From contig JABWCG010000001.1 in assembly GCA_013359225.1 (NCBI GenBank), positions 276,441 to 340,440 of the forward strand: a stretch of DNA of 64,000 bases. Reading direction: 5' to 3'. A program made the translations under genes and the position numbers. Below, piece by piece: positions 1 through 9,677 of this stretch (positions are counted from its first letter, which is position 1; each line of letters begins with the position of its first letter). The notes under the pieces are model-generated. The model saw only the letters and a list, made by a program, of their open reading frames with translations, ran no database searches and was not told the origin of the DNA. The stretch is from Candidatus Buchananbacteria bacterium (GTDB lineage Bacteria; Patescibacteriota; Patescibacteriia; Buchananbacterales; UBA6539).

Positions 1-2
1 CC

Positions 3-3000
3 GTGACTCATGAAGAATGCACGCCGGTGTATGGAGATGTCGCACACGATTATCCAGGCAAAAACTGGGGCACTGAAGGTCAGGCAATTTGGAATAACGG
101 TTGCCAAATTCCGGCAGTTTGCGGCAATGATGTTTTAGAATTTGGTGAAGAGTGTGACGATGGCGCAGAAAATGTTGACGACGCTCAGGCTGTTTGGAGC
201 CAGAACCAGGGTGAAGGCGACCGAACCTATTGTTCAGTAAGTTGTGAAAGTTATACTATTCCTGGCTTGTACTGTGGTGACGGCCAAATCAATGGCGAAG
301 AAGACTGCGACGATGGTATCAGTGGTTCGCAAACCTGTAGCACTGCTTGTGAAACTATTGTTCCAGAACCAGACGCTCCGGTGACTATTCTAGCCTGGAA
401 AGTGGTGTGCGATACTGAAGCAGCTCTTCCAGATTGGGGATTAAACGGCGGTGTTGAACCAGACGAACCGGATGTGGTTGGACCAACCACTGCAGCCGAC
501 TATGTTGCATCAAGCGAGGGTCATTGTTGGCTTCAAGAAGGCTGGAATTTCCAGTATGGTCCTTACGGCCAATTAATGAGCGGCGATTACACTGGCTCAG
601 CGCCAACAGAAAACGGCTGGTTTGATTTTGACAGTGTTACCGGCACCTCAACTCCGGCTCAAGTGGAAATTGAAGACTGGGATGACAATAATAATTTAAT
701 TTGGTTTAGAGAAGTTTTACAGCCAGGTTACATTCCGTTTGTGAATCCTCCAGGGGACAATCAAAACCCAATTAGCGCTGAATTTTATTGCGGTAATGAT
801 GTTTTGAATTTTGATAACTGGGAATGGGTTGACGGTTTAGAAAGTGGCGAAACCCACTATTGTGTGGCATTTAACGTCGCGGTTGGCTGCGGCAATGGCA
901 TTGTTGAAGGGCAAGAAGCTTGTGATGACGGTCCGGCCGGTTCAAATGAATGTTCACCGCAGTGTACAACCGCGCCTGAATGTAATCCGGAGATTGAATT
1001 AGTAGTTAATGGTGGCTTTGAAGAGCCGATTGTAACCAACTCAAACAAATGGGATATTTTCCCAAGCACCCTTACTAATTGGTTGACTGACTGGATGTCG
1101 CTAAGTCCAGGCACTTTTGGCGCCCAGACCAGACCGGAAGAGGCCTGGCTTGAATTGCATCGCAAGGTTTCCGGCTGGTTGCCTTCGGAAGGCGAACAAT
1201 ACGCGGAACTTGACGGCGACTGGTATGGACCAAGCAATGCGGGTTCTGGTGAACCGGCCTCAACCAAGATCAAACAAAATTTGATCACCTGGCCGGGGTA
1301 CAATTATGAAGTTAGTTTTGATTTCTCACCAAGACCAAGCACCGGTAGTGGTGATAACATCCTTCAATTTAACTGGGACGGTGGTTTGATTGATACATTA
1401 AATGGTGCTGGTGCTGGCAATACCAACTGGTCAAGTCATACTTATGATTTAACAGCAACTGGATTTAGCACCGAACTGATGTTCGCTGATGCCGGCACTT
1501 CCAATTCACTTGGAACATTCTTGGACAATGTCAGCGTTCGTTGTATTCCGCCGGTAATTCCAGTCTGTGGTGACGGCGAAGTTAATAACGACGGCGAAGT
1601 CTGCGACGACGGTAACACTGAAAATGGTGACGGTTGCGATGCCCAATGTCAGCCCGAAGAAATTTACGCCGATTACTGTGGTGACGGCGAAGTTAATCAA
1701 GAATGGGAACAGTGTGACGGTGATGAGGGTTGTACCCAATACTGTCAGTGGGAAGAACAAAATGAATGCAGCGATTTAGTTTTGGCCCGAGTAAATGTTG
1801 ATGAAGTTAAAAACTGGGGCGCTGGTGATATGAGTTCAGACGTCTATCTTGGTAGCGCCGGCAATAAGATTCCGGCTGGTACGTGGTTTGCCTTATACTA
1901 CAGCGGCGCTGGAATCACTGATGCTGATCTTTCCGGCTATGAAAATGTTGAAGGCTTAGCCGTACAGCGTTTGGCCGGAACAGTTCGCGCCGTAGTACAT
2001 GGTACCGGTACCAATAATGATAAAGAACATATTCACGGTAATATTGAATTCTACAACGCCACAGTAACTGATCAGGATAACGATCCGTCAAACGCTTTGC
2101 CGGGCGCCAACGGACTAGAAGATGGCTTTAACGGCACTGGCACTGGCCAGTATAACGCCAGCAACGATGAGGTTTGGATTTCTGATGCAACTCATTCAAA
2201 CTTCTGGTTAACCACCACCACTGCTGATGATGGTTTCTATTCCGACTGGCAGATTGTTGAGGATTGCGTCGGTCAGATTTGCGGCTATAAATATAACGAC
2301 AAAGACGAAAATGGTTCTTTGAGCGAAGGTGATGAAGGTTTGGAAAACTGGACCATTAAATTGCTGCAATTTACCGCTTGTGAAGAGGGTGATGAATGGG
2401 CAGATTCTGTAGTTGACTATACTCAGGGTACTCGCCGAAATGGCACTCCCATTCTTGCCGAACGAACGGTAACGACGAAAGCATTGGGAGCAGCTCAGAA
2501 TAATGACTCAATCAATTTTGTTTCGCTTGGATTTGGCGGTGAGTTAATCTTAGGCTTCAACAATTTAATTGTGAATGCTGCCGGAAACGACGTTCAGGTT
2601 GTTGAAACCACTTACGGCAATCAAGTGTGTAATACCTATCCAGAGAAAGCCGATGTCTATGCTTCGCAGAACGGACTTGATTGGATCTATTTAGGTAACG
2701 CCTGCCTAGACAGTAGTTTTGATTTAGGAACTTTGTCATGGGCTCAATACATTAAGTTTGTTGATGCGACTAGTTTAGCAGACTTTACCAACGTGCCGGA
2801 AGCTGACGGATATGATGTTGACGGCGTTAAGGCCTTGAATTGTGCTTCTGCAGTAACGGTTGTTGAAACGCAGATGACTGATGAAACTGGTCACTACTGT
2901 TTTGAGACTGCTACACCCGGTGACTACCGAGTTCAGGAAGAGCTCCAGTCAAATTGGCATAATACTTCTGACTGGTTTACAGATGTAGACTTTAACGGCG

Positions 3001-4325
3001 AAAACAGCCTGAATGTTGATTTCTTTAACGCAGTTGAAGAACAAGCGCCTCAGGGCAGCATCTGTGGGTATAAATTCTACGATGCTGATCAAGATGGTGT
3101 CTTTAACAACAACGATTACGGCATTGACGGTTGGAAAATCTTTGGCCTTGGCGGCAGCTTAACCAGTACTTACACTAATGAAAATGGTGAGTATTGTTTG
3201 AATGCGCTTGAGGAAGGAACCTGGAATGTTTTTGAAGAACTCTTCACCCTGCCGGGTAACTGGGCTACCACAACTGTTGCAACCAGAACAATTGAGCTAA
3301 GCAGTGAAGGTGTTATCGGCATTAACTTTGGAAACATTCTTTGTACCGATGCCGATGAAGACGGTTTTGCCGCCAATGGTGGTGCCATCTGTGGCGAACA
3401 GGACTGTGATGACAATGATTCAGAAAAAACTACTGACTGTAGTGAAGAAGAACCAAATGATCCAGGCCCTAACAACCCAGGTGGCGGAGGCGGGGGCGGA
3501 GGCGGAAGCTTCAGCAATCTAGTAATTCATACTGAAAACACTGGCAATGGTCCAGAAAGCTTAACGGTTTTGATCACTTGGTTTACTAATAAACCAGCTA
3601 CGAGCCGCGTGGTTTATGACACTGTTTCCCATCCGGAACCGGGTGAAGCGCCAAACTATGGTTACCAGTGGTCAACCCCGCAGACCGATACTGATCCAAA
3701 AGTCACTTATCACGAAGTTTTGATTAGTGGTTTGGATCCAAACACGATCTATTACTTCCGACCAATTTCTTCGGCTTCCCCGGAAGTTTTGGGAACGGAA
3801 GTTTCCTATCAGATTCTGGAAAACGGGGAAGTTATTGTTGAAGAAACTACACCTCCGGCCAATGAAGAGCCAAATCCAGGGCCCTCGGCCCAAACCCCTC
3901 AGGGTGAGGAAACGTCTGCTGCCGGTGGCGCGGGTAATACCGGTATTGTTGCCGGTGCGGAATTTGAAGAGCCAACCTTGTTAGCTCAGGGTGGTGATGC
4001 TGTACCGACTCAGCAGCCCGACAGAAATCAACCTCAGGAAACTGCCCCTGAACAAACCGCTCAAGTGGGTGCAACTGACTGTGTAATGTATATCTGGTTG
4101 CTATTAGTGATTAATATAATTACGATCGCCGACCTGGCGTACTTTGGTATGAACGCCGCTAATAACTTTGCCAAACAGTTGTGGTGGATGCTGGCAATTT
4201 TGGTGGCTGTACCTGTCATCCTTGGTTATGCTCAATGTTGGCTTGTCGTCTGGTTGCTAATCACTTTAGTAATTGCAATCATTCTGTACTTCTCAGTTAT
4301 TGCTAGAAAACAACAGCATTCATAA
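3..4325 (+). CDS. Large cell-surface protein, 5'-truncated at the window edge, with a C-terminal membrane anchor. Contains Myxococcus-type cysteine-rich repeats (DUF4215-like), SdrD/Cna B-like domains and a purple-acid-phosphatase-N/FN3-like domain.
   Basis: 1440-aa ORF open from the window start. At least six CGDG/CGNG...C.DDG.EN.DDGC motifs; ICGYK(Y/F)xDxDxDG B-type repeats; TVLITWFT...YYFRP FN3/PAP-N-like block; Gly9 run; two hydrophobic helices at the extreme C-terminus. Confidence 0.8.
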   Translation: MTHEECTPVYGDVAHDYPGKNWGTEGQAIWNNGCQIPAVCGNDVLEFGEECDDGAENVDDAQAVWSQNQGEGDRTYCSVSCESYTIPGLYCGDGQINGEEDCDDGISGSQTCSTACETIVPEPDAPVTILAWKVVCDTEAALPDWGLNGGVEPDEPDVVGPTTAADYVASSEGHCWLQEGWNFQYGPYGQLMSGDYTGSAPTENGWFDFDSVTGTSTPAQVEIEDWDDNNNLIWFREVLQPGYIPFVNPPGDNQNPISAEFYCGNDVLNFDNWEWVDGLESGETHYCVAFNVAVGCGNGIVEGQEACDDGPAGSNECSPQCTTAPECNPEIELVVNGGFEEPIVTNSNKWDIFPSTLTNWLTDWMSLSPGTFGAQTRPEEAWLELHRKVSGWLPSEGEQYAELDGDWYGPSNAGSGEPASTKIKQNLITWPGYNYEVSFDFSPRPSTGSGDNILQFNWDGGLIDTLNGAGAGNTNWSSHTYDLTATGFSTELMFADAGTSNSLGTFLDNVSVRCIPPVIPVCGDGEVNNDGEVCDDGNTENGDGCDAQCQPEEIYADYCGDGEVNQEWEQCDGDEGCTQYCQWEEQNECSDLVLARVNVDEVKNWGAGDMSSDVYLGSAGNKIPAGTWFALYYSGAGITDADLSGYENVEGLAVQRLAGTVRAVVHGTGTNNDKEHIHGNIEFYNATVTDQDNDPSNALPGANGLEDGFNGTGTGQYNASNDEVWISDATHSNFWLTTTTADDGFYSDWQIVEDCVGQICGYKYNDKDENGSLSEGDEGLENWTIKLLQFTACEEGDEWADSVVDYTQGTRRNGTPILAERTVTTKALGAAQNNDSINFVSLGFGGELILGFNNLIVNAAGNDVQVVETTYGNQVCNTYPEKADVYASQNGLDWIYLGNACLDSSFDLGTLSWAQYIKFVDATSLADFTNVPEADGYDVDGVKALNCASAVTVVETQMTDETGHYCFETATPGDYRVQEELQSNWHNTSDWFTDVDFNGENSLNVDFFNAVEEQAPQGSICGYKFYDADQDGVFNNNDYGIDGWKIFGLGGSLTSTYTNENGEYCLNALEEGTWNVFEELFTLPGNWATTTVATRTIELSSEGVIGINFGNILCTDADEDGFAANGGAICGEQDCDDNDSEKTTDCSEEEPNDPGPNNPGGGGGGGGGSFSNLVIHTENTGNGPESLTVLITWFTNKPATSRVVYDTVSHPEPGEAPNYGYQWSTPQTDTDPKVTYHEVLISGLDPNTIYYFRPISSASPEVLGTEVSYQILENGEVIVEETTPPANEEPNPGPSAQTPQGEETSAAGGAGNTGIVAGAEFEEPTLLAQGGDAVPTQQPDRNQPQETAPEQTAQVGATDCVMYIWLLLVINIITIADLAYFGMNAANNFAKQLWWMLAILVAVPVILGYAQCWLVVWLLITLVIAIILYFSVIARKQQHS
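3480..3506 (+). repeat. In-frame (GGN)9 simple repeat encoding a Gly9 linker inside the surface protein.
   Basis: ggt ggc gga ggc ggg ggc gga ggc gga read directly. The antisense frame gives the poly-Pro artefact ORF 3170..3517. Confidence 0.9.
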
Positions 4326-4435
4326 TTCTTGAATGAATAAAAGCTAAAAAGCAGTCAAACAGCCCCAATCCAGGGGCTGTTTGACAAATCGTATTACTTA
4401 TGTCATACTATATATAGTAGTTAACTGCAAAGAAA

Positions 4436-5587
4436 ATGTTTAAGAAACAAGACGGCGGGAAAACTAAAAAATATCTGACTTTAATTGGCGCTTTAAGTGT
4501 TGTCATTAACGCTTTCGGCGTCTTTTTTGTTTTGTTTCGTCCAAAGCGCTGGCGGCAATTTATTAAAGGCCAAAAAAAAGAATTTTCTGAATTGTCCAGC
4601 GGCAAAGAGGATTTTGTCAGATTTACTAAAGATTCTTCCAGACTGCTGAAGGATTTGTTTATTCCGGATGTTTCTAACGATCACCGGCCGATAGTTTTAC
4701 GTCCCAAAAATTTGTTGAGCTTAGCCGTAACAGCCGTTGCTATTAAACTGATAGTGACAGGATTCTTATTTTTAACCTACCCAAGTCCGGCGCAATTGTC
4801 GGCAATTATCTCCAGCAATATTATTTCGTTGATTAATCAGTCTCGGACTGATGCTGGCGTTGAAGCCTTGGCTGAAAATGAATATCTGACCAAATACGCG
4901 TACGAGAAAGGGCAGGATATGATTACCAATGATTATTTTGCCCACGACACTCCCGACGGCAAGCGGCCATGGCAATGGATCAACCGTGGTGATTATGACT
5001 ACGTCTATGCGGGCGAGAACCTGGCCATGGATTTTACCAATGCCGAAGTTGTTCATGACGCGTTCATGAAAAGCCCAAGCCATCGCCGCAATATTTTAAA
5101 TCCAAAATATAAAGATGTCGGTATTGCCGTTATTAACGGTGAACTGAATGGGCATCAGACCATTCTATTGGTTCAATTTTTTGGCACTAAACGTTCTGAT
5201 GCCGCAACGTCGGTGGCTCAGGCTAATGAAATACCGTCACAACCACCCAATGCGGATCAGGTACCGGTTGCCGAGGTGGTTGAAACCGAAACAAACCCCG
5301 ATGTCCTGGCGGCAGGAACGGCAAATGAAGGCCTGATTGTCGTGACTACTCAACAGCAGGCGACAAAACCGCTAGTGAATATGATTGTTGAATATTCAAA
5401 TATTTTCTTTATCGCTTTCCTGATTTTCATGTTTTTATCTTTAATGCTTAATATTTTTATAAAAATCAGGGTGCAGCATGCTTCAGTTATTTTGCAAAGT
5501 TTGGCAGTAATTGCCCTGCTGGTTTCCCTCATCTTGGTGAAATTCCATTTCATTGAGCAGGTAGCGCCGCAGATTCTTATTCTATAA
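4436..5587 (+). CDS. CAP/SCP/PR-1 domain (YkwD-like) protein with an N-terminal TM helix and a C-terminal hydrophobic region.
   Basis: YFAHDTPDGKRPW...YVYAGENLAMDF...HDAFMKSPSHRRNILNPKYKDVGIAV matches CAP-domain motifs; hydrophobic N- and C-termini. Confidence 0.75.
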   Translation: MFKKQDGGKTKKYLTLIGALSVVINAFGVFFVLFRPKRWRQFIKGQKKEFSELSSGKEDFVRFTKDSSRLLKDLFIPDVSNDHRPIVLRPKNLLSLAVTAVAIKLIVTGFLFLTYPSPAQLSAIISSNIISLINQSRTDAGVEALAENEYLTKYAYEKGQDMITNDYFAHDTPDGKRPWQWINRGDYDYVYAGENLAMDFTNAEVVHDAFMKSPSHRRNILNPKYKDVGIAVINGELNGHQTILLVQFFGTKRSDAATSVAQANEIPSQPPNADQVPVAEVVETETNPDVLAAGTANEGLIVVTTQQQATKPLVNMIVEYSNIFFIAFLIFMFLSLMLNIFIKIRVQHASVILQSLAVIALLVSLILVKFHFIEQVAPQILIL

Positions 5588-5664
5588 AGTTAGCCGTTAA
5601 ACTAATCCTTCGTAAGCTTTGCGGGGATTTTTTATTTTTGGTTGATTTGTGGTATAATTAGCCC

Positions 5665-7197
5665 ATGCCAACTTTCAAGAAAAGCAACAAAGTGGAGAAT
5701 ATTAAGAGTGATTTTATCACCGTAGCTTCCCATCAGCTGCGTACGCCAATCTCCGGTATCCGCTGGTCGTTAGACACCCTTTTAAGCGGACGTGCCGGGC
5801 TGTTAACAGAAAAGCAAATTGAAATAGTCCAGGAAGCCTACCGCAACAATAAGTTTATGGTAAAGGTGGTAAACGACTTATTACGGGTTTCGCGTTTTGA
5901 GGAGAAAGGACTGAATTTACAACCAAAATTCATTAGTCTTAAAAAAATTATTACCGAGGCTATCGAAGAACTAAGGCCGTTAGCAACTGCTAACAACTGT
6001 GAGATATTTTTTGACGCCGGCAAAAATATCCCTAATGTCTATGTGGACCCGCTCCAGCTTAAACCGGTTGTGTTTTCCTTCATTGATAACTCTATCTTAT
6101 ACAGTAAAGCTAAAGGTAAGGTAAAAATTTCTTTAAAAAAAGTTACTGATTTTGTCTTTTTAAAAATTGAAGATAACGGTATCGGCATTCCGGCCAACGA
6201 ACAGGAATTGGTTTTTTCAAAATTTTTTCGTGGCAGTAACGCCATGAAGGCACAAACCGAAGGCATCGGGCTGGACTTATATTTAGCCAAAGAAATTATT
6301 GAACAGTCCGGCGGTAAAATTAGTTTTCAGAGCCGTGAAGATCGGGGCACGACGTTTAACATTTATTTGCCGTACATTAAGGTTGATGTTGACGGCAAGC
6401 CGACAATGGAAGCCGAAGCAAAAAATATTAATGATGTTTTAAAGAAAGAACGCGAATTCGTTTCCATTACTGTTCATGAGTTAAAGGCACCGCTAGGTAT
6501 CACCAAGTGGAGTTTGGAGATGCTTAAAAATCAAAAGCAGGGCAAACTTAACAAAAATCAATTGGAATTAATTGACCAGGTATATCGGGGCAATGAACGG
6601 CTGTTGGTGCTGGTTCGGGATCTGCTTAATTTGTCCAAACTTCAGGAAGGTAAATTTGAAATTGAACCTAAAGAAATACTTTTTGAGTCAGTCATTGATG
6701 ATGTGGTAAAAGGTTTTAGCATTCAGGCTAATAAAAGCAAGGTAAAATTAATCTGGAAACGCCCGGCCAAACCCTTTGGGACGATTAAGGCCGATCCAAA
6801 CCGAGTCGCACAGGTAGTTACAAATATAGTGTCAAACGCCATTAAGTATACACCGGCGAATGGTAAAGTGATTTTGGCGCTTGAGAAGGTGTCTGGTGCG
6901 GATTTAAAAAAAATTTCCCAAGATTTGCCGACTGCTAATTTGTCATTTACTTCAAACAAGAACGGATATTTAGTGCTGAGCATTAAAGACAGCGGTATTG
7001 GTATTTCTGATGAAGATCAAAACAAGCTTTTTACCAGATTTTTTAGAAGTAAGAAAGTTTTAACCTCCAAAACAGAAGGTACTGGTTTGGGGTTATATAT
7101 CACTAAATCAATTGTTAACCTGCATCGCGGCGACATTTGGTTTACCAGCAAGCTTGGAAGCGGTTCAACGTTTTATATCAGTTTGCCGATTGCATAA
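5665..7197 (+). CDS. Cytoplasmic histidine kinase with two tandem HisKA+HATPase_c modules and no sensor or TM domain.
   Basis: H-box 1 ASHQLRTPISGIRW followed by an N/G1/G2 block (IEDNGIGIP...GIGLDLYLAKEII..GTTFNIYLP). H-box 2 VHELKAPLGITKW followed by a second block (IKDSGIGIS...GTGLGLYITKSIV...GSTFYISLP). Confidence 0.85.
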   Translation: MPTFKKSNKVENIKSDFITVASHQLRTPISGIRWSLDTLLSGRAGLLTEKQIEIVQEAYRNNKFMVKVVNDLLRVSRFEEKGLNLQPKFISLKKIITEAIEELRPLATANNCEIFFDAGKNIPNVYVDPLQLKPVVFSFIDNSILYSKAKGKVKISLKKVTDFVFLKIEDNGIGIPANEQELVFSKFFRGSNAMKAQTEGIGLDLYLAKEIIEQSGGKISFQSREDRGTTFNIYLPYIKVDVDGKPTMEAEAKNINDVLKKEREFVSITVHELKAPLGITKWSLEMLKNQKQGKLNKNQLELIDQVYRGNERLLVLVRDLLNLSKLQEGKFEIEPKEILFESVIDDVVKGFSIQANKSKVKLIWKRPAKPFGTIKADPNRVAQVVTNIVSNAIKYTPANGKVILALEKVSGADLKKISQDLPTANLSFTSNKNGYLVLSIKDSGIGISDEDQNKLFTRFFRSKKVLTSKTEGTGLGLYITKSIVNLHRGDIWFTSKLGSGSTFYISLPIA

Positions 7198-7204
7198 AAT
7201 TTTT

Positions 7205-7582
7205 ATGGTCCGACCAAAAATTTTAATTGTTGAGGATGATAAATCCTTGGTCAAAATCCTTGAGGAGGCTTTGGATAAAGAAAAATTTGAGGTCATCTTA
7301 ACAATGGACGCCAGTCAGGCGATCAAAAAAGCCCGTTTAGAAAAACCAAACATTATCATTTTGGATGTTATGTTGCCCGGTAAAAGCGGCTTTACCTGTC
7401 TGCAGCAGCTAAAAAACAGTAAAGAAACTAAAAACATTCCGGCGATTATCCTGTCGAATTTAGGCCAGGCCGAAGAGATTAAAAAAGGCCTTGAACTGGG
7501 GGCAGTTGATTATTTGGTGAAAGCCAATTTCTCAATTGATGAAATTATCAAAAAAATATTAAAATATTTAAAGAAAAATTAA
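7205..7582 (+). CDS. Stand-alone response-regulator receiver (CheY-like) domain protein.
   Basis: MVRPKILIVEDD...IIILDVMLPGKSGF...AVDYLVKA receiver motifs. The ATG at 7205 was chosen over the 7112 ORF start, which overlaps the kinase. Confidence 0.8.
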   Translation: MVRPKILIVEDDKSLVKILEEALDKEKFEVILTMDASQAIKKARLEKPNIIILDVMLPGKSGFTCLQQLKNSKETKNIPAIILSNLGQAEEIKKGLELGAVDYLVKANFSIDEIIKKILKYLKKN

Positions 7583-7594
7583 GGGATATTTTTT

Positions 7595-8509
7595 ATGGCT
7601 ATCAAAACGGTAAAATCTCAAAATTTTGACTGGTACTACCTAACCGATTTTTCAAACGAGGAGTTAAACTTCTTAAAAACCAATTTCAAGTTTCACCCCT
7701 TAGATCTCAAAGACTGTGCCGGAGAAATTCGGCCCACTAAAATTGACATTTACCGAAACTACATATTTTTAGTTTTTCAAATTCCATATTTGGATAAAGT
7801 TGGAAAAAAAGTTTCTGTTAGCCAGGTTTATTTTTTCTTGGGTAAAGGATTTTTGGTGACGATTACTAAGTCGCGGATGAAAATTTTTAACAATTTTTTC
7901 TACCGGATTGTTAATAATCCAAAAGTCAAAGAAGAGGCTTTTTCCCAGGATGCCGGTTACTTGCTGTATAAAATTCTTGATTTGTTGCTTCGCAGCAGCT
8001 GGCTTTTGCCCAATTATTTGGACCAGGATATCAGACGAGTGGAGGCTGATATTGAAGAGGGCCACACCCGAAAAATTGTTTTTGAAATTGCCACTTTGCG
8101 CCGGCTAATGCTGCAACTTAAAGCGATTATCGACCCGCAAAAAATCGTCACCAACACCTTGAGCCGTTTAGACGCCAAATTTATTGACAGCGAAATGTTG
8201 GTGTATTTTGACGACTTGGACGACTTTATTGAAAAAAATATTTATATTTTAGAAAGTTATCGCGACCGCGTTTTGAGCCTATACGAAATCAACGAAGCGT
8301 TAATGTCCCACCGGACTAACTCGGTAATGAAAATCCTGACCGTTATGTCTGTGGCGTTAATGCCGTTAACCCTACTGTCTGGCATTTACGGAATGAATAT
8401 CGATTTGCCGCTGGGCAATCATCCGTTTTTCATCTGGGGATTATTTATTGGTTTGGCGGCGTTGATTCTCGGCGTTTTGTTTTATTTACGAAAAAAGGAT
8501 TGGATTTAA
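7595..8509 (+). CDS. corA: CorA-family Mg2+/Co2+ transporter.
   Basis: C-terminal two-TM region with the YGMNIDLP (GMN) signature; length about 300 aa. Confidence 0.8.
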   Translation: MAIKTVKSQNFDWYYLTDFSNEELNFLKTNFKFHPLDLKDCAGEIRPTKIDIYRNYIFLVFQIPYLDKVGKKVSVSQVYFFLGKGFLVTITKSRMKIFNNFFYRIVNNPKVKEEAFSQDAGYLLYKILDLLLRSSWLLPNYLDQDIRRVEADIEEGHTRKIVFEIATLRRLMLQLKAIIDPQKIVTNTLSRLDAKFIDSEMLVYFDDLDDFIEKNIYILESYRDRVLSLYEINEALMSHRTNSVMKILTVMSVALMPLTLLSGIYGMNIDLPLGNHPFFIWGLFIGLAALILGVLFYLRKKDWI

Positions 8510-8513
8510 CCAT

Positions 8514-9521
8514 ATGGCTAAATTTGACATTATCACTATCGGCGGGGCAATTAAAGATTTTACGCTGTATACTAATCAGGGAAAAGTTTTTAACACCCCC
8601 CAAAATCTAACTGCGCAAAAAATGCTTGCTTTTGAATATGGCGCAAAGTTTTTAATCAAGGATGTCAGTCTTAATTTTGGGGGCGGCGCTTCCAATGCCG
8701 CAGTGGCATTGGCTAAATTAAATTTAAAAACAGCAATCATTACTCACCTGGGTAACGACGAAATCAGCAGAGAAGTCTCAGCCAACTTAAAACAGCATAA
8801 AGTTTCAACTGATTTGATTACCTTTGACCGGCTTAACCCGACCGGATTTTCTTTTATTATTGCCGTTGATAAAAAAGAGCGCGAACATGTGGCGTTTTCC
8901 TGCCGCAATTCCGACGAATATCTCAAAATCACGCCGGCGAGTTTAGCCAAAGTAAAGACGGATTGGTTTTATATCACGTCATTATACGGTAAAAATTGGC
9001 AGACTAATCTTAAAGCAGTTTTTAAATTCGCCCGGGACAACAATATTAAAGTCGCCTGGAACCCGGGAACGCAACAGCTGCAGGCGGGAAAAAGGATTAT
9101 TGGTGAATTTATCAAACAGACAACAGTTTTGGTTTTGAATAAGGACGAAGCGATTGAGTTAGTGTTATCCGGTATAAAACTTGGCAAGAAAAGTCCAAAC
9201 TATTTAAATCGCCATGTCTATTTGCTTAACATTTTGCAGGAGTGGGGCCCTAAGATTGTGGTGATTACCGATGGCGCTAAGGGTGCCTGGGCGTACGATG
9301 GCAAAAAGATTTATCACCAAAAAGTGGTAAAGGCAAAAATTATTGACACTACCGGCGTTGGTGATGCGTTTGGTTCAAGTTTTGTTTCGGGATTAATTAA
9401 ACACCATTTTAATATCAGTAAAGCGCTGCGGCGAGGGGCCATAAATAGTTCGGCAGTCACTAAAGAAATTGGCGCGCAAAACGGCTTGCTGACTGAAAAA
9501 AAACTTTTAGAAAAATTATAA
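8514..9521 (+). CDS. PfkB-family carbohydrate/ribokinase-like kinase.
   Basis: GGGASNAAVALAKLN and DTTGVGDAFGSSFVSG motifs typical of the ribokinase/PfkB family. Confidence 0.8.
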   Translation: MAKFDIITIGGAIKDFTLYTNQGKVFNTPQNLTAQKMLAFEYGAKFLIKDVSLNFGGGASNAAVALAKLNLKTAIITHLGNDEISREVSANLKQHKVSTDLITFDRLNPTGFSFIIAVDKKEREHVAFSCRNSDEYLKITPASLAKVKTDWFYITSLYGKNWQTNLKAVFKFARDNNIKVAWNPGTQQLQAGKRIIGEFIKQTTVLVLNKDEAIELVLSGIKLGKKSPNYLNRHVYLLNILQEWGPKIVVITDGAKGAWAYDGKKIYHQKVVKAKIIDTTGVGDAFGSSFVSGLIKHHFNISKALRRGAINSSAVTKEIGAQNGLLTEKKLLEKL

Positions 9522-9531
9522 TTAAAAAATT

Positions 9532-9618
9532 ATGGATCCATCAATCACTTGGAAGGTGCTTGCTCTCGTCTTTGTCGGAGTAGTAGTCGCCTTAATTGTT
9601 AAATCTAAGCTAAGTTAA
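9532..9618 (+). CDS. Possible 28-aa single-TM micropeptide (MDPSITWKVLALVFVGVVVALIVKSKLS).
   Basis: Short ORF read manually; it ends inside the 5' arm of a strong terminator hairpin; no obvious SD. Confidence 0.2.
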   Translation: MDPSITWKVLALVFVGVVVALIVKSKLS

Positions 9619-9640
9619 CCACTTAGCTTAGATTTTTTTC
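9596..9640 (+). terminator. Rho-independent terminator.
   Basis: Perfect 12-bp stem tctaagctaagt / acttagcttaga with loop taacc, followed by a T7 run. Confidence 0.8.
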
Positions 9641-9677
9641 TCATCTATATTTTAAATAGTCATTTTGTCATTTAGTA

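Noticed and set aside
3170-3517. 115-aa minus-strand ORF starting with poly-Pro.
   Set aside because: It is the antisense reading of the (GGN)9 Gly-linker region inside the large surface-protein CDS.
7112-7204. Upstream extension of the response-regulator ORF overlapping the kinase 3' end.
   Set aside because: The receiver domain begins at MVRPKILIVEDD (ATG 7205). The extension would overlap the kinase by 86 nt.
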